DNA of 64,000 nt from Eledone cirrhosa (GCA_964016885.1 OZ024743.1:65348001-65412000), one strand, 5' to 3'; numbered from the stretch's first letter, positions 29,238 through 45,013 are shown. Notes: a model not told the origin generated them from the sequence alone. Translations and numbers: made by a program.

Positions 29238-30738
29238 TAGGTTTACATATACATAAACTAGACAGAGCCATATATATATATATATGTTTTTGGCAACCTA
29301 TCACGGTGTGGCTCAATGAAGAAATTAATTAATTAAATAATCAACAATCAGAGAAATATATAAGAAAGTAAGTCCATAGAATCATTTGATAAAATATATA
29401 CAGTAATTCTCCTCCCAAGCAGTATAATTAACCACACAAAAAATCAATTAAACGAGGCAATAAGTTTAAAATGAACCTATGAAGAAACAATAGATAAATA
29501 AATGATAGTTATTTTATCCGCGATCAACAGCCACAGAAGATTTACCTAGTATTTCTAATAGCCCGTAGAAACTGATTAGACATATAGCCAACCATACACA
29601 ATAAGGTACAAAATCAAAGTTAGAAGAAAAAATGTACATAAACATACCAAAATTATGTTTCTACCCATGAGGTGTCATTCGCTTTTTGGAAATATCCGAT
29701 CATGGATAAATTCACAAGTTTCGAAATTATCAGGAAACAAATTCAATTGGACAAAGATTTTTCATAAATGATCCCCGCCAGAAACGAATTCAAAATGGCT
29801 AAGAATTGTCACATGGCCAGTGGTCAAGTTAGAAAGCTTGTGATTGGTGACTGACGGCGAGTAGGCTGGTTTCTAGAAAGCGCAGCCGAATACTGCCTAA
29901 AGTGTTACTCAACCATACGGGAGTATATAAAATATATAAGTTTACATGTACATAAACTAGACAGAGCCATAGATATATACATATATTTTATCAAATGATT
30001 CTATGGACTTACTTTCTTATATATTGCTCTGATTGTTGATTAATTAATTAATTAATTCGTCATTGAGCCACACCGTGAATGGTTGCCAAAAACACACATA
30101 TCTATATATATATCTATGGCTCTTATATATATATCTATGGCTCTGTCTAGTTTATGTATATGTAAACTTATATATTGTATATACTCCCGTATGGTTGAGT
30201 AACACTTTAGGCAGTATTCGGCTGCGCTTTCTAGAAACCAGCCTACCCGCCGTCAGGCACCAATCACAAGCTTTCTAACTTGACCACTGGCCATGTGACA
30301 ATTCTTAGCCATTTTGAATTCGTTTCTGGCGGGGATCATTTATGAAAAATCTTTGTCCAATTGAGTTTGTTTCCTGATAATTTCGAAACTCGTGAATTTA
30401 TCCATGATCGGATATTTCCAAAAAGCGAATGACACCTCATGGGTAGAAACATAATTTTGGTATGTTTATGTACATTTTTTCTTCTAACTTTGATTTTGTA
30501 CCTAATTATGGTTGGCTATATGTCTAATCAGTTTCTACGGGCTATTAGAAATACTAGGTAAATCTTCTGTGGCTGTTGATCGCGGATAAAATAGCTATCA
30601 TTTATTTATCTATTGTTTCTTCATAGATACATTTTAAACTTATTGCCTCGTTTAATTGATTTTTTGTGTGGTTAATTATACTGCTTGGGAGAAGAAATAC
30701 TGTATATATTTTATCAAATGATTCTATGGACTTACTTT

Positions 30739-30745
<7 letters not shown>
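29225..30745. repeat. Large inverted repeat of a ~700-bp non-coding unit; each arm is slightly more than one unit and starts in a different phase
   Basis: The left arm repeats AAATATATA..GTTTACAT..GACAGAGCCAT at 29231 and 29931. The right arm repeats TTTTATCAAATGATTCTATGGACTTAC at ~29986 and ~30709. A family fragment also lies at 48955-49310. Confidence 0.88.
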
Positions 30746-30810
<65 letters not shown>

Positions 30811-30811
30811 A

Positions 30812-30970
30812 TCAACACCAGTATTGAATTGGTAGTTTATTTATCGACCTTGAAATAAAGAAAGGCAAAGTTGACCTCAGTGGGATTTGAACTCAGAGGG
30901 CAGTGAGCTGTAACAAACACTGGGACATCTTTAACCCGACAACCTAACCACTCTGCTAAATCACCACCTT
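30812..30970 (-). mobile_element. tRNA-derived SINE (GTCGATAAA-core family)
   Basis: AAGGCAAAGTTGACCTC..GGATTTGAACTCAG on the + strand. Confidence 0.7.
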
Positions 30971-31374
30971 AAATACCACAATCCATTCTGATTTTAATGA
31001 TTCTGTGAAGCCACTCCCAGCATTTCATCTTTCTGAGATTGATACAAAAAGTAAAAGAACATCACATGTCAACCAGGAACTGGTATCGATGCAATAGACT
31101 ATATTCCTCTTCTCCACTCTCAAACCAATAACCTTGTATCTAAATTAGAAATCTATAATTATTTCTTTTCAGTGAGCAGCGAAGATCAAACGATAATCTC
31201 CAAGTAATTTGAGACGACAAATCTGGTTTCAATAACCAGTTTAAACTATTTCGCTTCATGAATGTAGTCAATGACATTTACAATACGTCATTCATCGTAT
31301 GTATTGATCGGTGCCGAGGGTCGGGTGAGCTCCTGCTGGCCTACAAAATGGCTCAAATAGATTTTCCAGCTCGG

Positions 31375-31480
31375 AATAATGTGAAATAAAGTGTCTTGCT
31401 CAGGGACACAACGCACCGCTTGGTCTGGGAATCGAACTCTCAACTTCACGGTTTTGAATGCAACACCTAACCACTGGAGC
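31375..31480 (-). mobile_element. tRNA-derived CORE-like SINE fragment
   Basis: AAGTGTCTTGCTCAGGGACAC...GAATCGAACTC on the + strand. Confidence 0.7.
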
Positions 31481-31958
31481 CGAGGGTCGGTGTGTCTGAG
31501 CAGTGGGGTGAGCTCCTGTTAGCCTAAAAAATGGCTGAAATAGGTTGTATTTATCACCTCTGCCGGCCAAACTCCCTCTTATGTATCTCCGTCGGGGCAC
31601 TGGCTCCACTAAATTGGGTTGGGTGTGAAAGTGAGAGCTCGGGACTATAACCGGTGCAATGCTTGGATTACACTCTGCTAAAATGCATATATTTGCGGCT
31701 GGGCACCGCTTGTGAAACCAATTGCCTGAAGAAACTCCATTGAAATGAACTTACACGGGGAATTCCTTCGATGGAGCCAGCTCAACCCACCCTAGGTGAA
31801 CGCCGCCACATGTACAAGTAGGTATGTATGTATTGATCAGTATCTACCGATGGAATTGTAGGGGTGCCGCAGTAACATACGGCAGGTCTTGAGCATTTTA
31901 AACTTAGCTGAGCATATCCCCCTCTCCTGTTCTGAATACAGAAGATTAATTCCAGAGA

Positions 31959-32190
<232 letters not shown>

Positions 32191-32339
32191 GAAAAAGAAA
32201 TATAGAGGAAAAATCGACACCATTAAGCGACCTCTAGGGGATGAAAGACTAAGTAAATTTCGGAAGGATATCAATTCAGAGCGCCGATCTCTTTCAGAGG
32301 AGACAGAGTAATAAAAAGGAAATGAGAAAAAGAGGACGA

Positions 32340-32535
32340 GTCGATACCAGTAATGAACTGGTCATTTTTTTTATCGACCTCCAGAAGATGAAAGGCAGAG
32401 TTGACCTCGGCGAGATTTGAACTCAAAGCGCTGAGGTGCCAAAAAATTACATCAAAATATTCTACCCGACCTTCTAACAACACTAACGACTCTAACGACT
32501 CTAACGACTCTAACAACTCTGCTAATTCGCCACTC
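32340..32535 (-). mobile_element. tRNA-derived SINE (GTCGATAAA-core family)
   Basis: TTATCGACC...GATGAAAGGCAGAGTTGACCTCGGCGAGATTTGAACTC. Confidence 0.7.
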
Positions 32536-32659
32536 CTTATTTCCTTCAATTTTCTATTTAGGAAAGAAAAGATAGCATGTTAGTCACATGACATCCAACA
32601 TATGTGAGGATAGTGAGAGGGAGAGAGCGATAGATACATAATTGTATTGCTGTTTACAT

Positions 32660-33415
32660 ACAGACAGACACACTGATATACATATACACACATACACACA
32701 CTGATATACACATACACAGACAGACACACTGATATACATACACACATACACACACTGATATACACATACACACATACACACACTGATATACACATACACA
32801 CACAGACACACACTGATATACAAATACACAGACAGACACACACTGATATACACATACACACAGACACACACTGATATACACATACATAGACACACACACA
32901 CTCATATACACATACACACACAGACACACTGATATACAAATACACAAACAGACAGACACACACTGATATACACATACACAGACAGACACACACTGATATA
33001 CACATACACAGACAGACACACACTGATATACACATACACACACAGACACACACTGATATACAAATACACAAACAGACACACTGATATACACATACACACA
33101 GACACACACTGATATACACATACAGAGACAGACACACACACACTGATATACACATTCACACATACACACACTGATATACACATACACACATACACACACT
33201 GATATACACATACACAGACAGACACACTGATATGCACATACATAGATACACACACACTGATATACACATACACAGACACACACACTGATATACACATACA
33301 CAGACACACACACTGATATACACATACACAGACACACACACTGATATACACATACATAGATACACACACTGATATACACACACTGATATACACAGATACA
33401 CACACACACACACAC
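32660..33415 (+). repeat. Degenerate ~28-30-bp CA-rich minisatellite (CACACTGATATACACATACACAGA..)
   Basis: Recurring CTGATATAC anchor within (CA)n. Confidence 0.85.
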
Positions 33416-33442
33416 AGAAACATTGACACACTTTTCATCTTT

Positions 33443-36107
33443 ACACAGTGATATATATATACCTACACACATACAAACCCATACGTACACAGTGATATAT
33501 ATACCTACACACATACAAACCCATACGTACACAGTGATATATATACCTACACACATACAAACCCATTAGTACACAGTGATATATATACCTACACACATAC
33601 AAACCCATACGTACACAGTGATATATATACCTACACACATACAAACCCATTAGTACACAGTGATATATATACCTACACACATACAAACCCATACGTACAC
33701 AGTGATATATATACCTACACACATACAAACCCATTAGTACACAGTGATATATACACCTACATACATACAAACCCATTAGTACACAGTGATATATGTACCT
33801 ACACACATACAAACCCATTAGTACACAGTGATATATATACCTACACACATACAAACCCATACGTACACAGTGATATATATACCTACATACATACAAACCC
33901 ATACGTACACAGAGATATATATACCTACATACATACAAACCCATACGTACACAGTGATATATATACCTACACACATACAAACCCATACGTACACAGTGAT
34001 ATATATACCTACATACATACAAACCCATACGTACACAGTGATATATATACCTACATACATACAAACCCATACGTACACAGTGATATATATACCTACATAC
34101 ATACAAACCCATACGTACACAGTGATATATATACCTACATACATACAAACCCATACGTACACAGTGATATATATACCTACACACATACAAACCCATTAGT
34201 ACACAGTGATATATATACCTACATACATACAAACCCATACGTACACAGTGATATATGTACCTACACACATACAAACCCATACGTACACAGTGATATATAT
34301 ACCTACACACATACAAACCCATACGTACACAGTGATATATATACCTACACACATACAAACCCATACGTACACAGTGATATATACACCTACACACATACAA
34401 ACCCATACGTACACAGTGATATATATACCTACACACATACAAACCCATACGTACACAGTGATATCTATACCTACACACATACAAACCCATTAGTACACAG
34501 TGATATATATACCTACACACATACAAACCCATACGTACACAGTGATATCTATACCTACACACATACAAACCCATACGTACACAGTGATATATACACCTAC
34601 ACACATACAAACCCATACGTACACAGTGATATATATACCTACACACATACAAACCCATACGTACACAGTGATATATATACCTACACACATACAAACCCAT
34701 TAGTACACAGTGATATATATACCTACACACATACAAACCCATACGTACACAGTGATATATATACCTACACACATACAAACCCATACGTACACAGTGATAT
34801 CTATACCTACACACATACAAACCCATTAGTACACAGTGATATATATACCTACACACATACAAACCCATACGTACACAGTGATATCTATACCTACACACAT
34901 ACAAACCCATACGTACACAGTGATATATACACCTACACACATACAAACCCATACGTACACAGTGATATATATACCTACACACATACAAACCCATACGTAC
35001 ACAGTGATATATATACCTACACACATACAAACCCATTAGTACACAGTGATATATATACCTACACACATACAAACCCATACGTACACAGTGATATATATAC
35101 CTACACACATACAAACCCATACGTACACAGTGATATATATACCTACACACATACAAACCCATACGTACACAGTGATATATACACCTACACACATACAAAC
35201 CCATACGTACACAGTGATATATACACCTACACACATACAAACCCATACGTACACAGTGATATATACACCTACACACATACAAACCCATACGTACACAGTG
35301 ATATATATACCTACACACATACAAACCCATACATACACAGTGATATATATACACCTACATACATACAAACCCATTAGTACACAGTGATATCTATACCTAC
35401 ACACATACAAACCCATACGTACACAGTGATATATATACCTACACACATACAAACCCATACGTACACAATGATATCTATACCTACACACATACAAACCCAT
35501 ACGTACACAGTGATATATACACCTACACACATACAAACCCATACGTACACAGTGATATCTATACCTACACACATACAAACCCATACGTACACAGTGATAT
35601 ATACACCTACACACATACAAACCCATACGTACACAGTGATATATATACCTACACACATACAAACCCATACGTACACAGTGATATATATACCTACACACAT
35701 ACAAACCCATACGTACACAATGATATCTATACCTACACACATACAAACCCATACGTACACAGTGATATATACACCTACACACATGCAAACCCATACGTAC
35801 ACAGTGATATATATACCTACACACATACAAACCCATACGTACACAGTGATATATATACCTACACACATACAAACCCATACGTACACAGTGATATATATAC
35901 CTACACACATACAAACCCATACGTACACAGTGATATATACACCTACACACATACAAACCCATACGTACACAGTGATATATACACCTACACACATACAAAC
36001 CCATACGTACACAGTGATATATATACCTACACACATACAAACCCATACGTACACAGTGATATATATACCTACACACATACAAACCCATACGTACACAGTG
36101 ATATCTA
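33443..36107 (+). repeat. 42-bp minisatellite, ~63 units (ACACAGTGATATATATACCTACACACATACAAACCCATACGT)
   Basis: Head-to-tail units. A period divisible by 3 explains the long 14-aa-repeat ORFs. Confidence 0.97.
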
Positions 36108-36139
36108 TAATGTTATTGGCCAGACAAACGTTTATCTGT

Positions 36140-36905
36140 ATTGGTCCTGGCCTTTACGATCTCAGTTTAAATCCGAGATTAACTTTACCTGTCATCCTTC
36201 CGAAGTCTATAAAATAAAGTACTAATAAAGTACTGGGTTTGATACAATTGTGTAAGAAGTTAAGGACCGAAACACTCAATTCGGGGCGGGGGGGGGGGGT
36301 TCTTTTCTGAAGATCTTCTGCTGTCCAACTCTACTGAGAGTTCCTTACCATTGACTTTCCACACTTTTAGAAAGAATTATTATTGGTGCTATGAATTTGT
36401 AGTATCCGCACAGCGTTGAGCAAATGCTCTGTGACATACAGACACAACCCTTTACCTTCTGAGATCAAATCCCACCGAGGTTAGCTTTTCTTTTCATCTT
36501 TACGGGGTGAGTGAAATAAAATACCAGTAACGTACTGAGGTCGATTTTATTAATTTTTTACCTCGCCACAAATCATTGGGCTTAATAAGAAACATTTATT
36601 TGTTCTGGCTCTTTACGTTTTTAATTCAAATACCGTCGTCATCTTTACCTTTCATCCTAACAGGCTCGATGAAATAAAGTACCAGTAATACACTGGGATC
36701 GATTTAATCGACTTTTCCTTCCCCCATATCGTTGGCCTTGTGCCTAAATTAGAAACAATTATCTGTTTAGGCTCTTTACTTTCTTAGTTCCCCGGCAAGG
36801 ATAGCTTTACCTTTCATCCTTACGGGAATAAAGTACGGGGATAAGTACTGGAGTCGATTTAATCGACTTTCTCTTTCCCTTCAAATTGCTGCATTTGTGC
36901 TTAAA
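36140..36905 (+). mobile_element. Cluster of 4-5 decayed tRNA-derived SINE fragments
   Basis: Repeated TTTCATCCT..GGGGTCGATGAAATAAAGTACCAGT..ACTGGGGTCGAT modules. Confidence 0.7.
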
Positions 36906-37224
36906 TGTTATTGAAATCTTATCAGTCAAGGACTTAATAATTTTTACAATTTTCTGGCGAAGTTTTGAGACTTTTTTCTTTTCAGGCACTTTTAATTGAC
37001 ATACGTAGTGTCACTCTAATGCTTCCTGGTTATACTAAGTTAACATGCCAAATGGTTTTTTTTTTCGAGGCTGAAGGTTTGGGCCGCTACAGCACTTTAA
37101 ACACTATCTGTCTTACACGTCTTATTATAGTTGACTGGTTCTATTAAACAGTCGTGTCATGAGGACAACTTGGAGGCTCGATATGCAATAACGTTTTGTG
37201 TCAAGCTCGGTGAAACTAAACATT

Positions 37225-37505
37225 GGATAGAATGCTTTGTGGTATTTGTTCCAGCTCTCTGCTGTCTGGGTTCAAACCCCGCCGAAGTCAACTTTGTCTT
37301 TCATCCTTCCAAGGTTGATAAAATAATGTACCAGTCAAGTACTGGGGTCGATTCTTCCTCTATACCTCATTCTTACTTCCTTTTTCTCACTCTCTTTATG
37401 CTTCTCTGGAAGAAATCTGCTGTATTCTGACCTCGAAGGAAATGTCCAAGAAACGCCGTATGCAACAACGGTAGCCCCACGACTTCCCCAGCAGATATGG
37501 GTCTA
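37225..37505 (+). mobile_element. tRNA-derived SINE with downstream module
   Basis: GGTTCAAACCCCGCCGAAGTCAACTTTGTCTTTCATCC core. Confidence 0.7.
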
Positions 37506-37773
37506 AAAAAATGGTGGCCGTGCGCCAGCATGGCCTCAGCCTCTCGCCTGGAACTCATAATTGTGTAATAGATTATACGCATATACACACACACACATAT
37601 ACAGTATATATATACGTTTATATTCTTTTAACCGTTCCAGCCGACGGGCTGAGGTTACGTTAGAGCAACACCATTGACAAAAATACAAACACAAAAAACA
37701 GGTTTGTCTCATTACAGAGATTGAAACCCTGTCCCTTAGAAGTACAGAAGTCCCCTCTACCCCAGAACCAGTT

Positions 37774-37821
<48 letters not shown>

Positions 37822-37967
37822 TGTATCATATCTGCGCCTCATTAAGTTCTGTAGTGTAGAAGCCTTCCCGAGACCACCCAAATTATCCAAACATTACTTT
37901 TAATATCAAAAGCCTCCACAGATATACCACACACCACGTTCGCTGGACTAATTAACACCGTATCTCT

Positions 37968-38023
37968 TACTACTACTACTACTGCTACTACTACTGCTAC
38001 TGCTGCTGCTACTACTACTGCTG

Positions 38024-38058
<35 letters not shown>

Positions 38059-38101
38059 GCTGCTGCTACTACTGCTACTGCTGCTGCTACTACTACTGCT
38101 G

Positions 38102-38154
<53 letters not shown>

Positions 38155-38200
38155 GCTGCTGCTACTGCTCCTGCTACTACTACTGCTGCTGCTGCTGCTG

Positions 38201-38235
<35 letters not shown>

Positions 38236-38302
38236 GCTACTGCTGCTGCTACTACTACTGCTGCTACTACTACTACTACTGCTACTGCTACTACTACTGC
38301 TG

Positions 38303-38337
<35 letters not shown>

Positions 38338-38386
38338 GCTACTGCTACTACTACTACTGCTACTGCTGCTGCTACTACTACTGCTG

Positions 38387-38439
<53 letters not shown>

Positions 38440-38479
38440 GCTGCTGCTGCTACTGCTCCTGCTACTACTACTGCTGCTG

Positions 38480-38523
<44 letters not shown>

Positions 38524-38557
38524 GCTGCTGCTGCTACTACTGCTGCTACTGCTGCTG

Positions 38558-38598
<41 letters not shown>

Positions 38599-38701
38599 GC
38601 TGCTCTTGCTACTACTGCTGCTACTGCTACTGCTGCTACTACTACTACTACTACTACTGCTGCTGCTACTACTGCTGCTGCTACTGCTGCTGCTGCTGCT
38701 G

Positions 38702-38740
<39 letters not shown>

Positions 38741-38755
38741 ATGCTGCTGCTGCTG

Positions 38756-38832
<77 letters not shown>

Positions 38833-38860
38833 GATGATGATGATGACGATGATGATGATG
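37968..38860. repeat. (CTA/CTG)n trinucleotide tract ending in (GAT)n
   Basis: Direct inspection; source of the poly-V/A and poly-L ORFs. Confidence 0.95.
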
Positions 38861-39180
38861 CAGATCTTTTTTTATGTCCCAATTACGACGAATGGGGGAA
38901 ATTATAAAGACCAATTACAAAATAGTTTGTTTTACACAAACACACACGTACACACATATACGTACACACACATGTACGCATGCGCACACACCGGCACACA
39001 TTCGCGCACGCTTATACAGACATACATATATAAGCATATAAAGCAAATAATCGCTTTGAGCGTTGAATATGATTTAGGCCTACACTATCTGCAATCCAAG
39101 AAACCGATATACATACATACATACATATATATATATATACACATACACACACACACATACACCCCCCCCACACACACACG

Positions 39181-39214
<34 letters not shown>

Positions 39215-39258
39215 CAATATATTAACAAATGGAAACTATATTTATAAAACCATATTTA

Positions 39259-39320
39259 TTTTATTATACATATTTCAAGGGCCACCAATGCAAATTATGG
39301 TGCGCTTTCATCAGATAAAA
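39259..39320 (-). ncRNA. Type I hammerhead motif, canonical core
   Basis: Minus strand: TTTTAT-CTGATGA-AAG.CACCA...TGGTG..CTT-GAA-ATA tg TAT-A-ATAAAA. Confidence 0.65.
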
Positions 39321-39449
39321 TACAATACAGATTAGTTTTATAAATAAATATCAGTTATAAAAATATTTTTAAGCTTGTTGTATCCCAACAAATTAAATTT
39401 AACCTCTGCATATATATATATATATGTATATATATATGTATAAGAATGA

Positions 39450-39655
39450 GTCGGGGTCCGACGGCTGAGCTATGGCCGTTTCGACAGCCTATTCCAGACT
39501 GTTGTCAAAACTATCGACAGTGGACAAGCCATCTCATCTGAGGCGTGGCCTAGATGATTGACGTGACGGTGAAATGATAAGCTGTCTATATAGGGATAAA
39601 TGTTCTTTATGGAATTAGCTGTCGAAACGGCAAGAGCTCAACTGTCGGGCCTGAC
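39450..39655. repeat. Short inverted pair of pLTR-like fragments with hammerhead 3' halves
   Basis: GCTGTCGAAACGGC..GAGCTCA.C(C/T)GTCGG occurs on + at ~39619 and on - at ~39457. Related fragments at ~16683 and ~22188. Confidence 0.55.
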
Positions 39656-39799
39656 CTTTTCTCATATAGTCAAACTCTGCTATCCCAAGTATCGAGTATT
39701 CTGTTGAATAATGGTTTTACTAGTTTAATACTGGTTTAATCCTGACATACACACACACACACACACACACACTCACACACACACACATATATATATATA

Positions 39800-39843
<44 letters not shown>

Positions 39844-39848
39844 TAGGC

Positions 39849-39995
<147 letters not shown>

Positions 39996-40000
39996 TAGGC

Positions 40001-40075
<75 letters not shown>

Positions 40076-40085
40076 TAGGCATATA

Positions 40086-40120
<35 letters not shown>

Positions 40121-40264
40121 TTCTATATACATATATATATATAGACAAGAGCTGAAAAATATCTTTTAACATGTTAAAATATCCCCCACACACGTAAAGA
40201 CACATTCCTACTGACCGACAACTCTACCACGAATTACTCTGCTACTCACACACACACACACACA

Positions 40265-40388
<124 letters not shown>

Positions 40389-40484
40389 TCTTAATAGGCA
40401 CCTGAACTGTTGACCTGTCAACATGACTGCAATTCACACACACATCCCTACTGACCATTATCACAACAATGAACCTCTTTACTA

Positions 40485-40580
<96 letters not shown>

Positions 40581-41023
40581 TTGTCTTAAAAGACTTATTT
40601 TTCAGTGACTTCTCAATCAGCCGAGACAAACCTACATTTGGCGCAAAATCAATTTTTAACATTCACATGACCTCTCCCGACCAATCAAAAGTGTTTTGAC
40701 CACAAGAATTTTTGCAACACGAATTGGCGCGAAACTTATTTTAATACATCTGGAGCCACTTTTTTCACATAAAACAGGAAGAATTCCCAAAACTGATCAG
40801 ATTAAAGCAAACATCACGGGTACTCTATCTCAAAATTAATTTTGAAAAGCATTAGAAATGCGCAACCGGTAAAAACTTAAAACCAAAACTGAATACTGAC
40901 CAATACTTATTACTAATTTTTACTTATTCCTAATTAAACTATTTTTCACTGGGAAAAATTTGTCAGCATTTTCTTTTCCTTTTACCAATATATCATAACT
41001 CGTGTGTTACACCTCTATTCTTT

Positions 41024-41380
<357 letters not shown>

Positions 41381-41442
41381 GAAAGGTATATAAAACATTG
41401 TAGCGAAAAGCCAACAGTATTCCATAATATATATATATATAT

Positions 41443-41661
41443 AACGATGTTGCAGATGTGCAGCGAAAGAACTTTGTTAGTCTATATATATGTGTTTGTG
41501 TCTATACTATATCTGTATTTTTGACCGTTGGTCAGTCAATGATAAACATTGTGTACGGAATAAATTAACCGATATAAAAGATACAGAAGCGAAAACCAAC
41601 CAAACAGTGAGTGTGTTCTGTTATTATTTCTGGCAATATTATTACAACAATATGACCCTCC

Positions 41662-41663
<2 letters not shown>
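41443..41663 (+). mobile_element. Solo 3'-terminal (pLTR) fragment related to the PLE at 54043
   Basis: Similar to the reverse complement of 54055-54295. It starts inside the hammerhead core, ends ATATGACCCTCCCC and has (AT)n on both sides. Confidence 0.8.
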
Positions 41664-41709
<46 letters not shown>

Positions 41710-41911
41710 ACAATAGTGACAACAACAATAACACAAATAACAACAATATTGGCTGCAACAGTATCAGCATCAGCAACAGCAAGACCACCAGTAACACATC
41801 AACAACAACAACAACAATAGCAGCAACAACAACAACTGCAACAATAATACCAGTAGTAACAACAGGAGCACCAATGACAGCAGCAGCAATAATAGCAACA
41901 TCAACAACAAT

Positions 41912-41946
<35 letters not shown>

Positions 41947-41955
41947 CAGCAGCAG

Positions 41956-41987
<32 letters not shown>

Positions 41988-42204
41988 ACAACAACAACAA
42001 CAACAATAACAATGACAGCAACATTGGCAGCACTAGTAATAACATTTGAAGCTATTGATGTAGTTATTGCTGCTGCGACTGTTGTTGTTATTGCAGCTGT
42101 TATTGTAGCTGTTATTTTAGTTGTTATTGCAGTTGTTATTGTTATTTCAGACCTGACTACTCTACCTGGTATTTTTCAAGGACACAATACATACGGGGCA
42201 CTGA

Positions 42205-42282
<78 letters not shown>

Positions 42283-42319
42283 TTTGAAAAAGGTTAGGTG
42301 TGATTTGAGGAAAATTTGG

Positions 42320-42750
42320 CTGGGACTTTTAGCAGTTCGAGCTACCACGCGAATAAAAGAGGCCGAAATGGGGTTCCGTTGAAGGGTCTTTGTAGTAACG
42401 TTACTAGATAGAGTGCGTAGCTCAGAGATCAAAGAGTCACTCCAGGTAGAGCCGCTAATTATCAGAATTGAAAGATCACAGCTCCTCCGATACTACGGTC
42501 ATGGGGTTAGAATGTCTCAAGAAAGAATCGCTGGCGAGATTTTGCGGGCGAAACCTACCGGCAGGAAACTCAAGGGTAGATCCTGAGTAAGATGGTTGGA
42601 TAACATCCATGAGCTTGGCTGGTCTCGCTTGGGTATCCAGTGGGATCAGTTGAAAGGGGTTGCTTCCGTCAGGAGTCTTTGGAAGGAGTGTTTGAGGACT
42701 CTGCCTCCAAAGACCCTCCCAGGAACAAGTGGGCGAAGAAGAAGAAGAAG
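42320..42750 (+). pseudogene. 3' fragment of RTE-clade LINE (Expander/Rex3-like) with (AAG)n tail
   Basis: DRVRSSEIKESLQVEPLIIRIERSQL, YYGHGVRMSQERI, PTGR..GR.*.RWLDNI, then GAAGAAGAAG. Confidence 0.8.
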
Positions 42751-42884
42751 AGTTACCAAAGAGAGAGAGAGCCAGTCTCTTTAGTTGTTTCTTGACTGAA
42801 AGAAATATAGTCTCGCATTTATTTTAAAAGCTAAACGAATATGAGACCATAAAAAAAATTAAATTAAAAACAAAATGAACAAAA

Positions 42885-43100
42885 ACCACCACGACCAGCA
42901 CCACCACCCACATCGACACCACTACCACCACCATCATCACCACCACCACCAACAATAACAACAACAAAAACCACTACCACCACCTCCACTACCACCACCA
43001 CAACACCATCACCACTACCACCAGCACAACACCACCACCACCACCACCACCGCCACCACCACCACCAACAACAACAAAAAACACTACCACCACCTCCACC

Positions 43101-43132
<32 letters not shown>

Positions 43133-43150
43133 AAACCACTACCACCACCT

Positions 43151-43181
<31 letters not shown>

Positions 43182-43252
43182 AAACCACTACCACCATCAA
43201 CACCACAACCACCACCACCACCACCACCACCACCACCACCACCACCACCACC

Positions 43253-43284
<32 letters not shown>

Positions 43285-43780
43285 CAAAAACCACTACCAC
43301 CACCTCCACCACTACCACCACCAACAACAAAAACCACTACCACCACCTCCACCACTACCACCACCAACAACAAAAATCACTACCACCACCAACAATAAAA
43401 GCCACTACCACCACCCCACCACCTCCACCACTACCACCACCAACAACCAAAATCACTACCACCATCAACACCACAACCACCACCACCACCACCACCACCA
43501 CCTCCACCACCACCACCACCAACAACAAAAACCACTACCACCATCAACACCACAACCACCACCACCACCACCACCGCCAACAACAACAACAACAAAAACC
43601 ATTACCACCACCTCCACCACCACCATCACAACACCATCACCACTACCACCAGCACAACACCACCACCACCAACAACAAAAACCACTACCACCACCTCCAC
43701 CCCACCACCAACAACAACAAGAAAAACCACTACCACTATCAACACCACCACCACCACCACCACCACCAACAACAACAACA
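42885..43780. repeat. (ACC/AAC)-rich compound repeat
   Basis: Direct inspection. Confidence 0.9.
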
Positions 43781-44291
43781 CACAAATATCACTCAAAACT
43801 AAAAAATGAAACAATAAAATAATAAAAAAAACAAAATCTGACAGTGAACCAAAAAAACTACAATAAATAAACAAACTAACAAAATAAAAAAAAATATAAT
43901 GAAAATTATTCCTGAAATCTTGTTAGAAATTGTTGATATTTGCTTGTGGCGACGGCCACAATATTGATTTTAATCAGAATGATATGATAGGTACTAGCAA
44001 AACAGGTTTTTTGGCTTTTGTTGGGGGGAGATTCTTCTATCGTGTTGACAGTCATTTGTACTGGGAAGAGAAAGACCCAGGGTGCACTGACTGTCGTATG
44101 GTTTAAATAGAGAAAGACCAGCGTCAGGCAGACGACCTATGAGTAGATATGTAACCATATATACAACACATACACAACACGTACATATATATATATACAT
44201 GTATAAACAACACACACATATCTATATATACACATGTATAAACAACACCCCCACACGCACACACACACTCACATATATATATAAATGTATT

Positions 44292-44359
<68 letters not shown>

Positions 44360-44404
44360 AAATATGACACCTGTGTGTGCGCGCGTGTGTGTTGTTTATA
44401 CATG

Positions 44405-44447
<43 letters not shown>

Positions 44448-44452
44448 AAACA

Positions 44453-44486
<34 letters not shown>

Positions 44487-45013
44487 TATATATATACAGT
44501 ATATACGCATGTTTGTGTGCGTGTATATGAATGTATTTATCTAAGCATGTATATATATATAGATATATTTACATAGACATATACATACAATCATACACAC
44601 ACACGCACACATAAACATGCACACACACACACACGCGCACACACGGGTGTCATATTTTACATCACGGATCACAGGCCTCGCACACCAGGACTGAACAGTG
44701 TCTGCTTTACCGCCTTGGGTCCTGTTTCCCTCTTGGACCCAACTTCCCTCCCCAATTTCTTTAATACCCCGTCCCTTATCACACACGCGCTTGTATATTC
44801 ACCCCTATATTCCTACGGCTCTCTTATGGTCAGAAACATATACTTTTACAACTAATACAGACCAACAAAATATGCACACCAAAATATGCACACTTTTCCC
44901 TTCACACCTTTATATTAACATACTTTTGCTCCTAGCTTCGTACTTACAAGTACACACACACTCTTTAACTTACATATACACACACATATCTTCTTAGCTT
45001 TGTACGGACGTAT

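Noticed and set aside
30371-30398. Hammerhead-like CTGATAATTTCGAAAC in the 700-bp unit
   Set aside because: There is no stem II, the C3-G8 pair is broken and the cleavage nucleotide is missing.
33441-36217. Long ORFs of 637, 350, 277 and 240 aa with 14-aa repeats
   Set aside because: They translate a 42-bp minisatellite open in several frames on both strands, with no unique coding flanks.
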